A stretch of DNA of 63,811 nucleotides, filler included, from Craspedostauros australis (Eukaryota), in NCBI GenBank assembly GCA_030167865.1. It is 12 parts of 12 records of this genome, joined end to end, with 100 filler letters (N's around TTAATTAATTAA, not from the genome) between each part and the next. Parts side by side here need not be neighbours in the genome. Positions count along the whole stretch, not along the records: positions 1 to 7,191 come from JALAGF010000246.1; positions 7,292 to 12,829 come from JALAGF010000247.1; 10 more parts are not named here. The stretch is one strand, 5' to 3'. The notes under the pieces were generated by a model. That model was not told the origin of the DNA. It did no database searches and saw only the letters and a program-made list of their open reading frames with translations. Below are positions 1-10,200 of this stretch, piece by piece; the stretch's first letter is position 1, and the number at the start of each line of letters is the position of its first letter. A program made the translations under genes and the position numbers.

Positions 1-21
1 ATATCCATAGTGATTTTTTTC

Positions 22-104
22 TGCGTCAGGACGCAAAACGATCCCTTTTTGCGTCCTGACGCAAGCTAAATACGTCGCACCGTTTGTGTTTGCGTCAGGA
101 CGCA
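22..104. repeat. left subterminal palindromic motifs TGCGTC(AG/CT)GACGCA x3 (putative transposase binding sites)
   Basis: Copies at 22-35, 50-63 and 91-104. Positions 22-38 and 47-63 form a perfect 17-bp inverted repeat with an 8-nt loop. The same motif is at 6722-6735 and, split by an insertion, at 5375-5382/6684-6692. Confidence 0.85.
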
Positions 105-367
105 TTCAAGAATTACTGTGGCAATTTAACACGAAGAGCAATCGTGATAGACTCGCTCGATTCCTTCGAATTTGTTTCTCCTCCTTCGAAATTGCATTGC
201 AACGGACAATCGCCTGCTTTCTTCTCTGTGTCGCTGTTGTGTTTGCGCCCATCACCATCCATGTCGACCTTGCTCCAGCAACGTCGTTCGTCTTCACCTG
301 CTCCACACCTCATTGCAGCAGCATCAACGTCTCTCTCGCCTTCCGCACTTCCCACTTTCACATCACC

Positions 368-3300
368 ATGAGCATCCGTCTCCCTCAATCTTCCTCCAGT
401 GCTGACAAAGATGCAACACCACCAGAAACAGGTTTCCATCCTCTCCGCCATCCCATGCCCCCACATGTATCTGCCATGGTTCCACCTGCAACTGCTCCGT
501 CACCTCACTCTCCTCGCAACCCCAACTGCAGCCATGCTTCTGTGGCTGCTCACAGTCATGGCTTGGATGTTGCAAGTGCAGATGATGATGATGTCAGCCA
601 TCGCAGTGACAGTGATCATGCCAACAAAGGGTCCATTCTTGTTGAAGACTCTTTGCAGTTTGGGGTGCTCCCTTCGAACAAGGCTGCTCATAGTCATCGA
701 GTAGTCATCCCACCTTCAGAGAACTCTTCCCGGGGTATTCTTGAGTGGAGTGTGCTCAGCCCCAACCTTCACAGGACACGCATGACCTGCAGCGAGGCAC
801 ATGACTTCAGTCTCCTCAATGCACGGTCTGAGGTGCAGTGCACCCGCAGCAACGTCCTCCAACTATTGCACCATCGTCCTCCATCCGTGCCAACCATGAA
901 CGATTTGGTTCAACACCTCTTGGGCCCCTCCTCAGTTGTCTTTCTCACTGCGATGGGGCCAGAGGCATTTGGGCTGACCTACACTGAGTATCTTGAACTC
1001 CTCTATGGATTCTGTGAGCAGATACTTCTGAGTTCAACAGTGAAGGGAATGTACGAGTCGCCTGAAACACGGATGCTGCCAAATTTCCCATCGCGAGATT
1101 CCTACATGGCAATTTGGAGTCGCATTGAACAGAACGGCGCACCAGACAACTACACTGGCCATCAATTCCTTTGGGTGGACCTAGAGAATGCGGTGAATAC
1201 TACGTTGAAAACTATCTGCCTTGCACGTGGAAAGTTCCATCGTATGGTCACCTTGGACGACGACAAAGTACATTGTCAGACTCGGGGCGAAAAGAGCTGC
1301 CTCTTGGGTCAGCGACATGTGCAATGTAATCGCGACGGGTAAGTTGCCGCTGCCAATTTGTGATGACTACTGACCGTTGCAATACGATCGTGTTACTAAC
1401 ATTCTCTTCTCTGCATCTATTGCTCCTTCTTCCGTTTGCAGATTTACTTTGAATACATTGGTGCATACAGCGTCGGGATTGGTGGTTGGAGTCGCTGCCT
1501 CCCGTGATGGAGTTGTCAATGATAGTACTAACATACTAGGACAACTAGCCCAAGCAGATGGTCGTCTCCGCAATGTCACCATATTGTGTGACCGAGGCTA
1601 CAATTCTGAAGAGCTGGCTACAGACCTGATGAGCAAACATGCCGACATCGAAGGGACGCAGAAGCGCAGCCCACACATCCCATTCACATACAATCCCAAC
1701 ACCAGGAATCGCGCCCTCCAAATGGATGTGGGCCGCCCAGGCCCGCCAATGCTGTCTGTGGCAACCACAAACAGCATATCGGGCCGCACGATGTGGTGCT
1801 ATGCTTATCGCCAAGGACAGAATACTGTACTTGCGACGTCCTCCAAGCCCGGTGGATTCGACTGGGATATCAACTTTCGTCATCAACGAGACCAAAGGAT
1901 GTATCACAACATGGTAGTACAGAAGGATGGTCCGAATCCGCAGTCAGAGTCGTACCCTCAATTCTTCCATGAATGCCTCTCTGATTTCCAGCGTTCGTCT
2001 GTGTATACTGCAGCGAAGGCAGTGACTACAACTGGCGTTGGCGCTCAAACCTACGGCCCCCTAACAGAGGCACAAACGGAAGCCGTCGCTGCAATCTCAC
2101 CAAACGCAGCAAACACCGCCAACCTTGTCGCAGACGCCGAGCACGCAGTCCGAATGAGATGGAAGAAGAAGATCTGGGAGCTGCAAGTGGACGGTCTTAC
2201 CTGCACACAAGGCGATCACATCTGGTTCCTCCAAAGGCGATTTTCCTTCACCAGCACATCTGTTTTTCGCATGATCGAAGCTGTACTCAACAGTGGCGAG
2301 TGGATCAACAGCGACAACGCCACCATCTTCAATCAAGTTGCTTGGGAGGAGGTCGGTCGCTATTATGGTTTCAATGTGGAGGGAAAGACGACCTCCTATG
2401 GCGCAGCAGTGGTGGAAGAAAGGGTGAGGGTGAAATGTCTGAGGCTGCACAGAGCACTGACCGACCCTGACACCAACACATGTTCGTTGGAGCAACAACT
2501 TGGGGCCATGGTGCGTGAACTCAACAGTCCAATGGCATTTCTGACCGACACCGAACTTTCCTCTCTCATGGGGATGTTCTACATGAACAGAGCCAAACGG
2601 GCGAGATCCACGAAGCTGAAATCGATGCAGATCATCCTTGCAGAGACGGATAAACTCCGGAGACGATTCATTTGCGTCAACGATCAAACGTTGAAGAAGC
2701 TGTTGCGAGAACGCATTCCGAATAAGAAACAGATCACCGAATCCAGAGTACAGATCATCAATCGGCTCATTGCCTTCGCGGTGAACGATGAAAGCACTCG
2801 CGACGAGGAAGACAACGAAGGAGCAGACGACGACGAGGAAACACCGTGGATGATATCGTTGAAGCGTGATCTCACCACACTGATGCTTCAAGCCTGGTTC
2901 ATGAAACGGCTCCGTGGCCAATCTTCGAAGGACGCGAAGATGGGCCACGACAACGAGAAGCCAATGATGGAAAAGATGATGGAGACGACGGACATCAACA
3001 ACTCTGGTGCGTATGTGAAAGCTGCATTCCGGGCAGGGCTTGTGAAGAAGCGCGGCAGGAACTATGCTCGTGCATCAGTTGATTTTCTTGCCGTCGTGGG
3101 CGATCCAGCTGATGACACGAATGACGAGGTGTATGTTGTCGAGATGAAGACAAGAACTCGGCCTGGTACAGTCAACAATGAAAGACATCATCAACGGACC
3201 GCAGCCTTCAGGCATTCCATGGAGGACAATGGCCATGTGTATGTCAAGCAACAGAAGGAGAAGTGGCGAGGACTGTTCCAGCAAAAATCCGAAATGGTGC

Positions 3301-5140
3301 AGCTCCTCCACCATGCGTTCGTGTTTGGAGTGAAAGGAGCTGTGATTGCCATAGGTAAGTCCACCACACACATTCAGCATGCTGCAATCCTGATGTGCGA
3401 TGAAATTCCAGTCTGCACATATCCTCACACATGCGTCCAACCCAATCCACACCGCCCTTTGTGTCACGCGCCTCACCATTGTTGATGGCAGGTGACGAAT
3501 TGGGCAACATCATTAGGTCAATGGCAACACACTTTGAACCTTCCCTCATGAAGTCCTACGGCATAGTCTTGCATGACCTTTTCTCCTTAATGTTGGATTT
3601 CGCATACACCGAACGCAGCCACCTCCCAACGACAACCCTGTCAGGGAGGAGGTTACAGAAATACCTTCGCTCGAAGCGTAGCCCACAGAAGCGAGGATCC
3701 GGCGGCCACCACATTGCCTCACTCACAACCGAGGATGTGTTTCATCAACTGATGATATGGAAGGCCTGCCAAGACCTTCCCTCCCCCATCCCACGGGTTC
3801 ACACCTTGGTACCTTCCATCATCTCGCGATGGAATGCTCTAAAAGGTGGTTCCGATGTTGTCTCGCGAATGATCCGTCAGCACCAAGCACGGCTGCCATC
3901 CTCAAATTTCCAATGCTACGCTGTGGCACGGTTGCTGGAGGTGTACATGCTGTTCCTCCACAAATTGCATCAGTACTGCTGTACACCGGATGTGTTGGAC
4001 AACAAAGATCTGGAGAGAACGCCAGCCATCCGGCACTACAGGATGATGCTCAATGGAAGACTGTCTGTCTCGGATTCGATCAAAGAAACAAGAGACACCC
4101 TTGCGCACATGCTGAGACAGATGAAGGAATCACGAAGGAATCACAACAGATGTATGGCGGAACAGAGAGCTGTGAAGATCAGCACTTCAAGTTCAGATGA
4201 CAAGAAGCCTCGCGTGCTTGATGGGAGGCCAACATGGGAGCACGAACCAATGGACAACTCGGCAGTCCGAGCTCTTTTGTCAAGCACTTCGACATCAATT
4301 TCCTCCGCCGAGGTGGCTCTCAACAAGCGCCTGCGCGAAGGAAATCATATGCCAATGCACTGCATCAAAACAAGACAACCATGTATTGTCTGTGGGGTCG
4401 CAACGCAATGGCTGTGCATGGAATGTCACCTGTTTGCGTGTGTTCCCCCCACTGCCAATCACAGAAAATGGGCGACACACTGTGGCATGGCAAATGAAGT
4501 CACGATGTGCAACATCATAATCAACAAGGAACCAGTGGATGCTAGCAACACCTGCTTTCGAATGCTACATGGAGACGACCGAGCATGGGCGCACCAAACA
4601 ACAACTAGCTACGTGGAATGGAACAAAACAAACTCACCAAGGAAACAGAAAGGAAACAATGCAGGCAACAGCAAACTGGAAACAGAACGCCGCGCTACAA
4701 CCAGGAAAGCAGAGGAAAGGAATGGAGCAACAATAGTTGAAGCGATGCAACGGAAAGCTGGGCCCACTAGAAGGCAACATGCAAGTACGGTAGCAACAAC
4801 GAAGCCGGCGATGAGAACCAGAGCGGCGTCGGCGACCGCAGCGAGGACGCCCAAAGCGATGGAGGCGTCAGCAACAATGGCACGAAGTACCGCAAACACA
4901 AAGACCAGAGTAAGCGAAATCGCCGTCCATGGGCAGAGAAGGGGGAAAAGAAAGGAAGAAGGCAATGCAGTGCACACACAACCAGTACCAAAGCGAAGAT
5001 GGACTCGATCTCAAACCGTGCAATCCGGCGATGTTGCAACACGAACTCGTTCCAAAGGACTTGCTGGCATAACCATGGCGACAACGCAAGACCTTGAAAA
5101 GAAGCAATGCCCAGGGGATGGCCCACGATGCCAACTGTAA
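368..5140 (+). CDS. piggyBac-like DDD transposase with inserted YqaJ/lambda-exonuclease-like domain and Cys-rich C-terminal domain; exons 368-1338, 1442-3354, 3492-5140 (~1510 aa)
   Basis: Two phase-compatible GT-AG introns (1339-1441 with TACTAAC branch point; 3355-3491) join three ORFs. DDD motifs are VTLDDDK, ILCDRGY...GTQKR and WNALKGGSDVVS. YqaJ-like motifs are QGDHIWFLQRRFSFTSTS, MGHDNE, ARASVD, VEMK and QLLHH. The Cys-rich domain reads CIVC..CMECH..C..CFRMLH. The start at ATG 368 is an inference. Confidence 0.85.
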
Positions 5141-5640
5141 GTTAGATTTGTGTAGAAGTGTAGATGAAAAGCATATCCTTACTTACAATGCCATGATGGT
5201 ATGCGGTTGATGTCGTTCTGCAACACAAGCAGAGATGGAAAGCGCGAGAAAATAACAAGGGAACAAGCACGACAGAAAGATCGATGCCGAAATTGTGGGG
5301 GGCAAAAATCGCTTTTAATCCAACGAATCAATCACGAATCGACGTCGCGACAAATCGTCGCGGTATTTTTCATTTGCGTCAGGGACACCCGGCAAAAAGC
5401 AACGGAAACAAAAATCGACTAGTACGACTAAATCGACACCCAAGAACGATTTTGTCACCCAGACACGAGAAAGCCGAATGCGACGTTTTGACATCGATGA
5501 AGAACAAGTCTTCCTTGGAAGAACTTATGTAGACATCCTGTTGGTCCTACTTCGGATAAATACAGCGAGGCATCGATGCAGCTCGCCGGCTTGATCGAGT
5601 CCCGTCAGTAAAGAAACCATACAGTTCGACATTCTAAATA

Positions 5641-5805
5641 ATTCGAATGACGGCTATTTAAATCTAATGACGGCTATTTGAATCGAGTCGCGGCTATTTG
5701 AATCGAGTGACGGCTATTTAAATCTAATGACGGCTATTTAAGTCGAGTCGCGGCTATTTGAATCGAGTGACGGCTATTTGAATCGAATGGCGGCTATTTA
5801 ATTCG
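5641..5805 (+). repeat. tandem array, 8 x 20 bp (core CGGCTATTT)
   Basis: CGGCTATTT recurs every 20 nt from 5651 to 5791. Confidence 0.95.
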
Positions 5806-6264
5806 CAGTGTTTTATACTCGTGATCCAAGTTGACAAGTTGGGAAATTGATAAAACCATGGAAGTGCGCCTGGTCTCCCAACGAAACCACAAATTGATGG
5901 CTCTTCGCTGCTTTGCCCTGCTCTCAAAGAATCACAACAGAGACGGGTGTGCGTTTGGAGTGTTGTCGTCACCGTTCAAATTTCATTGCTATCGTATAAA
6001 TGTGAAGCCTTGCCTAGTCGAAAAATTGACTGTTAGGGAAGCCAATGCAAGATGGACGAGACACCTTCATCGCAGCGTTGAACTTCGCATGAGTGTTGAT
6101 GAGCGTTGACCGATTGCCAAGGTTGAGCTTCCTGTGTTGCTTGGTGTGGGTGAGCGGTGGTTGATGGCCGGCTGTTGGGTTTTGTGGGGTGTGAGGGAGT
6201 GAGCCAATTACCATAATAATTGTGGAGACGTGTCCTGTGAAGGCAACAGATGCGTAACTAAATA

Positions 6265-6428
6265 AGTCGAATGACGGCTATTTAAATCTAATGACGGCTA
6301 TTTGAGTCGAATGACGGCTATTTGAATCTAATGACGGCTATTTGAGTCGAATGACGGCTATTTGAGTCGAGTGACGGCTATTTAAATCTAATGACGGCTA
6401 TTTGAGTCGAATGACGGCTATTTAAATC
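6265..6428 (+). repeat. tandem array, 8 x 20 bp, same unit and orientation as 5641-5805
   Basis: CGGCTATTT recurs every 20 nt from 6275 to 6415. Confidence 0.95.
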
Positions 6429-6771
6429 ATGGGTTTGGTTGTTGCACAACTTCTCGGGATTAAATCACGAGGCTTTGCATCAGGGTCATTTTCGGAGTTT
6501 CTCCATGATTCTCCCAGCAGTGAAACTCGAAGCTATGACCCACGAAGAGTTCCTGAGAACGAAAATTTGAGTCGAGAGCATTCTTTTCGCAGGAACAATT
6601 GTCATCGCCATAACAACAAGTTTTAATTGGCTGGACCAGTCATCTCCAGGATCGACTAATTCGACCCATTTTGCCGGGTGTCCCAGGACGCAACAGTTCA
6701 CGCACACCGCTAGTAAACATCTGCGTCCTGACGCAAGGGGGGTCCTCTGTCGTGGGGAAAAATCACTATGG

Positions 6772-7191
6772 ATATCGTTCGTGTGGAAGAATGACAAATG
6801 GGAGTATCGGGCGAGCGAGGACGTCCCAGGCAGCATAAGGATCACGAAGCCTGACAGCCATGAACGTACGGACATCGAGCGACTGGAGGTCACCGAGGCG
6901 CGGCGAACGCTGGGAATTGTGGCCAGCCCCGATGGAGATCAACGCCACGCAGTCGAGGACATGTGCCAGAAAGCAAAGGAATGGGCGAGCAAAGTGCGCG
7001 CGGGCAGACTCAGCCGAAGAGAAGTGTGGAGGGCTTTAAGGCACACCATCTGGAAAACGCTGGAGTATCCGCTACCGGCGACTACCCTGACCAAGAGCCA
7101 GTGTGAGGAAGTGATGCGACCAGTGCTGCAAGTGGCTCTCCCAGCAGCAGGAGTCCAGCGCAACGTTGCCAGAAGCATTGTGTTCGGCCCA
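6772..7191 (+). mobile_element. non-LTR retrotransposon (LINE) fragment, C-terminal part of RT; insertion target of transposon copy 1
   Basis: ISFVWKNDKWEY...RRTLG...WKTLEYPLPATTLT...VFGP aligns by eye with the LINE ORF at 45880-46300 (VKFDYTAGRWK...QTLG...TKTLEYPMEAVTLT...LYGP). Confidence 0.8.
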
Positions 7192-7291
7192 NNNNNNNNN
7201 NNNNNNNNNNNNNNNNNNNNNNNNNNNNNNNNNNNTTAATTAATTAANNNNNNNNNNNNNNNNNNNNNNNNNNNNNNNNNNNNNNNNNNNN
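7192..7291. other. artificial contig linker N44-TTAATTAATTAA-N44 (also at 12830, 15117, 27036, 36134, 38149, 46739, 54011, 55391, 58707, 60314)
   Basis: The same 100-nt spacer, with stop codons in all six frames, occurs 11 times. Confidence 0.97.
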
Positions 7292-10200
7292 CCTGACGCA
7301 AATGAAAAATACCGCGACGATTTGTCGCGACGTCGATTCGTGATTGATTCGTTGGATTAAAAGCGATTTTTGCCCCCCACAATTTCGGCATCGATCTTTC
7401 TGTCGTGCTTGTTCCCTTGTTATTTTCTCGCGCTTTCCATCTCTGCTTGTGTTGCAGAACGACATCAACCGCATACCATCATGGCATTGTAAGTAAGGAT
7501 ATGCTTTTCATCTACACTTCTACACAAATCTAACTTACAGTTGGCATCGTGGGCCATCCCCTGGGCATTGCTTCTTTTCAAGGTCTTGCGTTGTCGCCAT
7601 GGTTATGCCAGCAAGTCCTTTGGAACGAGTTCGTGTTGCAACATCGCCGGATTGCACGGTTTGAGATCGAGTCCATCTTCGCTTTGGTACTGGTTGTGTG
7701 TGCACTGCATTGCCTTCTTCCTTTCTTTTCCCCCTTCTCTGCCCATGGACGGCGATTTCGCTTACTCTGGTCTTTGTGTTTGCGGTACTTCGTGCCATTG
7801 TTGCTGACGCCTCCATCGCTTTGGGCGTCCTCGCTGCGGTCGCCGACGCCGCTCTGGTTCTCATCGCCGGCTTCGTTGTTGCTACCGTACTTGCATGTTG
7901 CCTTCTAGTGGGCCCAGCTTTCCGTTGCATCGCTTCAACTATTGTTGCTCCATTCCTTTCCTCTGCTTTCCTGGTTGTAGCGCGGCGTTCTGTTTCCAGT
8001 TTGCTGTTGCCTGCATTGTTTCCTTTCTGTTTCCTTGGTGAGTTTGTTTTGTTCCATTCCACGTAGCTAGTTGTTGTTTGGTGCGCCCATGCTCGGTCGT
8101 CTCCATGTAGCATTCGAAAGCAGGTGTTGCTAGCATCCACTGGTTCCTTGTTGATTATGATGTTGCACATCGTGACTTCATTTGCCATGCCACAGTGTGT
8201 CGCCCATTTTCTGTGATTGGCAGTGGGGGGAACACACGCAAACAGGTGACATTCCATGCACAGCCATTGCGTTGCGACCCCACAGACAATACATGGTTGT
8301 CTTGTTTTGATGCAGTGCATTGGCATATGATTTCCTTCGCGCAGGCGCTTGTTGAGAGCCACCTCGGCGGAGGAAATTGATGTCGAAGTGCTTGACAAAA
8401 GAGCTCGGACTGCCGAGTTGTCCATTGGTTCGTGCTCCCATGTTGGCCTCCCATCAAGCACGCGAGGCTTCTTGTCATCTGAACTTGAAGTGCTGATCTT
8501 CACAGCTCTCTGTTCCGCCATACATCTGTTGTGATTCCTTCGTGATTCCTTCATCTGTCTCAGCATGTGCGCAAGGGTGTCTCTTGTTTCTTTGATCGAA
8601 TCCGAGACAGACAGTCTTCCATTGAGCATCATCCTGTAGTGCCGGATGGCTGGCGTTCTCTCCAGATCTTTGTTGTCCAACACATCCGGTGTACAGCAGT
8701 ACTGATGCAATTTGTGGAGGAACAGCATGTACACCTCCAGCAACCGTGCCACAGCGTAGCATTGGAAATTTGAGGATGGCAGCCGTGCTTGGTGCTGACG
8801 GATCATTCGCGAGACAACATCGGAACCACCTTTTAGAGCATTCCATCGCGAGATGATGGAAGGTACCAAGGTGTGAACCCGTGGGATGGGGGAGGGAAGG
8901 TCTTGGCAGGCCTTCCATATCATCAGTTGATGAAACACATCCTCGGTTGTGAGTGAGGCAATGTGGTGGCCGCCGGATCCTCGCTTCTGTGGGCTACGCT
9001 TCGAGCGAAGGTATTTCTGTAACCTCCTCCCTGACAGGGTTGTCGTTGGGAGGTGGCTGCGTTCGGTGTATGCGAAATCCAACATTAAGGAGAAAAGGTC
9101 ATGCAAGACTATGCCGTAGGACTTCATGAGGGAAGGTTCAAAGTGTGTTGCCATTGACCTAATGATGTTGCCCAATTCGTCACCTGCCATCAACAATGGT
9201 GAGGCGCGTGACACAAAGGGCGGTGTGGATTGGGTTGGACGCATGTGTGAGGATATGTGCAGACTGGAATTTCATCGCACATCAGGATTGCAGCATGCTG
9301 AATGTGTGTGGTGGACTTACCTATGGCAATCACAGCTCCTTTCACTCCAAACACGAACGCATGGTGGAGGAGCTGCACCATTTCGGATTTTTGCTGGAAC
9401 AGTCCTCGCCACTTCTCCTTCTGTTGCTTGACATACACATGGCCATTGTCCTCCATGGAATGCCTGAAGGCTGCGGTCCGTTGATGATGTCTTTCATTGT
9501 TGACTGTACCAGGCCGAGTTCTTGTCTTCATCTCGACAACATACACCTCGTCATTCGTGTCATCAGCTGGATCGCCCACGACGGCAAGAAAATCAACTGA
9601 TGCACGAGCATAGTTCCTGCCGCGCTTCTTCACAAGCCCTGCCCGGAATGCAGCTTTCACATACGCACCAGAGTTGTTGATGTCCGTCGTCTCCATCATC
9701 TTTTCCATCATTGGCTTCTCGTTGTCGTGGCCCATCTTCGCGTCCTTCGAAGATTGGCCACGGAGCCGTTTCATGAACCAGGCTTGAAGCATCAGTGTGG
9801 TGAGATCACGCTTCAACGATATCATCCACGGTGTTTCCTCGTCGTCGTCTGCTCCTTCGTTGTCTTCCTCGTCGCGAGTGCTTTCATCGTTCACCGCGAA
9901 GGCAATGAGCCGATTGATGATCTGTACTCTGGATTCGGTGATCTGTTTCTTATTCGGAATGCGTTCTCGCAACAGCTTCTTCAACGTTTGATCGTTGACG
10001 CAAATGAATCGTCTCCGGAGTTTATCCGTCTCTGCAAGGATGATCTGCATCGATTTCAGCTTCGTGGATCTCGCCCGTTTGGCTCTGTTCATGTAGAACA
10101 TCCCCATGAGAGAGGAAAGTTCGGTGTCGGTCAGAAATGCCATTGGACTGTTGAGTTCACGCACCATGGCCCCAAGTTGTTGCTCCAACGAACATGTGTT

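Larger units (their letters stand above)
5383..6683. mobile_element. non-autonomous TIR element, PIF/Harbinger-like, nested in the piggyBac-like element
   Basis: 15-bp TIR GGACACCCGGCAAAA at 5383-5397 and 6669-6683. A 3-bp CAG duplication is at 5380-5382 and 6684-6686, and removing the insert restores TGCGTCAGGACGCA. No long ORF. A related end is at 46839-47021. Confidence 0.85.
5..6771 (+). mobile_element. piggyBac-like DNA transposon, complete copy 1 (5463 bp without the nested element)
   Basis: The 14-bp TIR CCATAGTGATTTTT is at 5-18 and its reverse complement at 6758-6771. ATAT flanks both ends (1-4, 6772-6775). The element contains a transposase gene, and a second copy is at 7292-12670. 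Confidence 0.92.

Noticed and set aside
86..3485. ORFs 86-1342, 1377-3485 and 3431-5140 as three separate genes or a frameshifted pseudogene
   Set aside because: Canonical phase-compatible introns join them, and the catalytic triad is distributed across all three.
5809..6248. Solo LTR (TG...CA) between the two arrays
   Set aside because: No matching target duplication (CGCAG versus GATGC) and no second copy in the window.
5641..6428. 20-bp repeat arrays as a CRISPR array
   Set aside because: The units are contiguous, with recurring linker variants rather than unique spacers. There are no cas genes and the context is eukaryotic.
7236..7247. TTAATTAATTAA as piggyBac TTAA sites or a biological repeat
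   Set aside because: It is always centred in identical N runs, so it is an assembly spacer.
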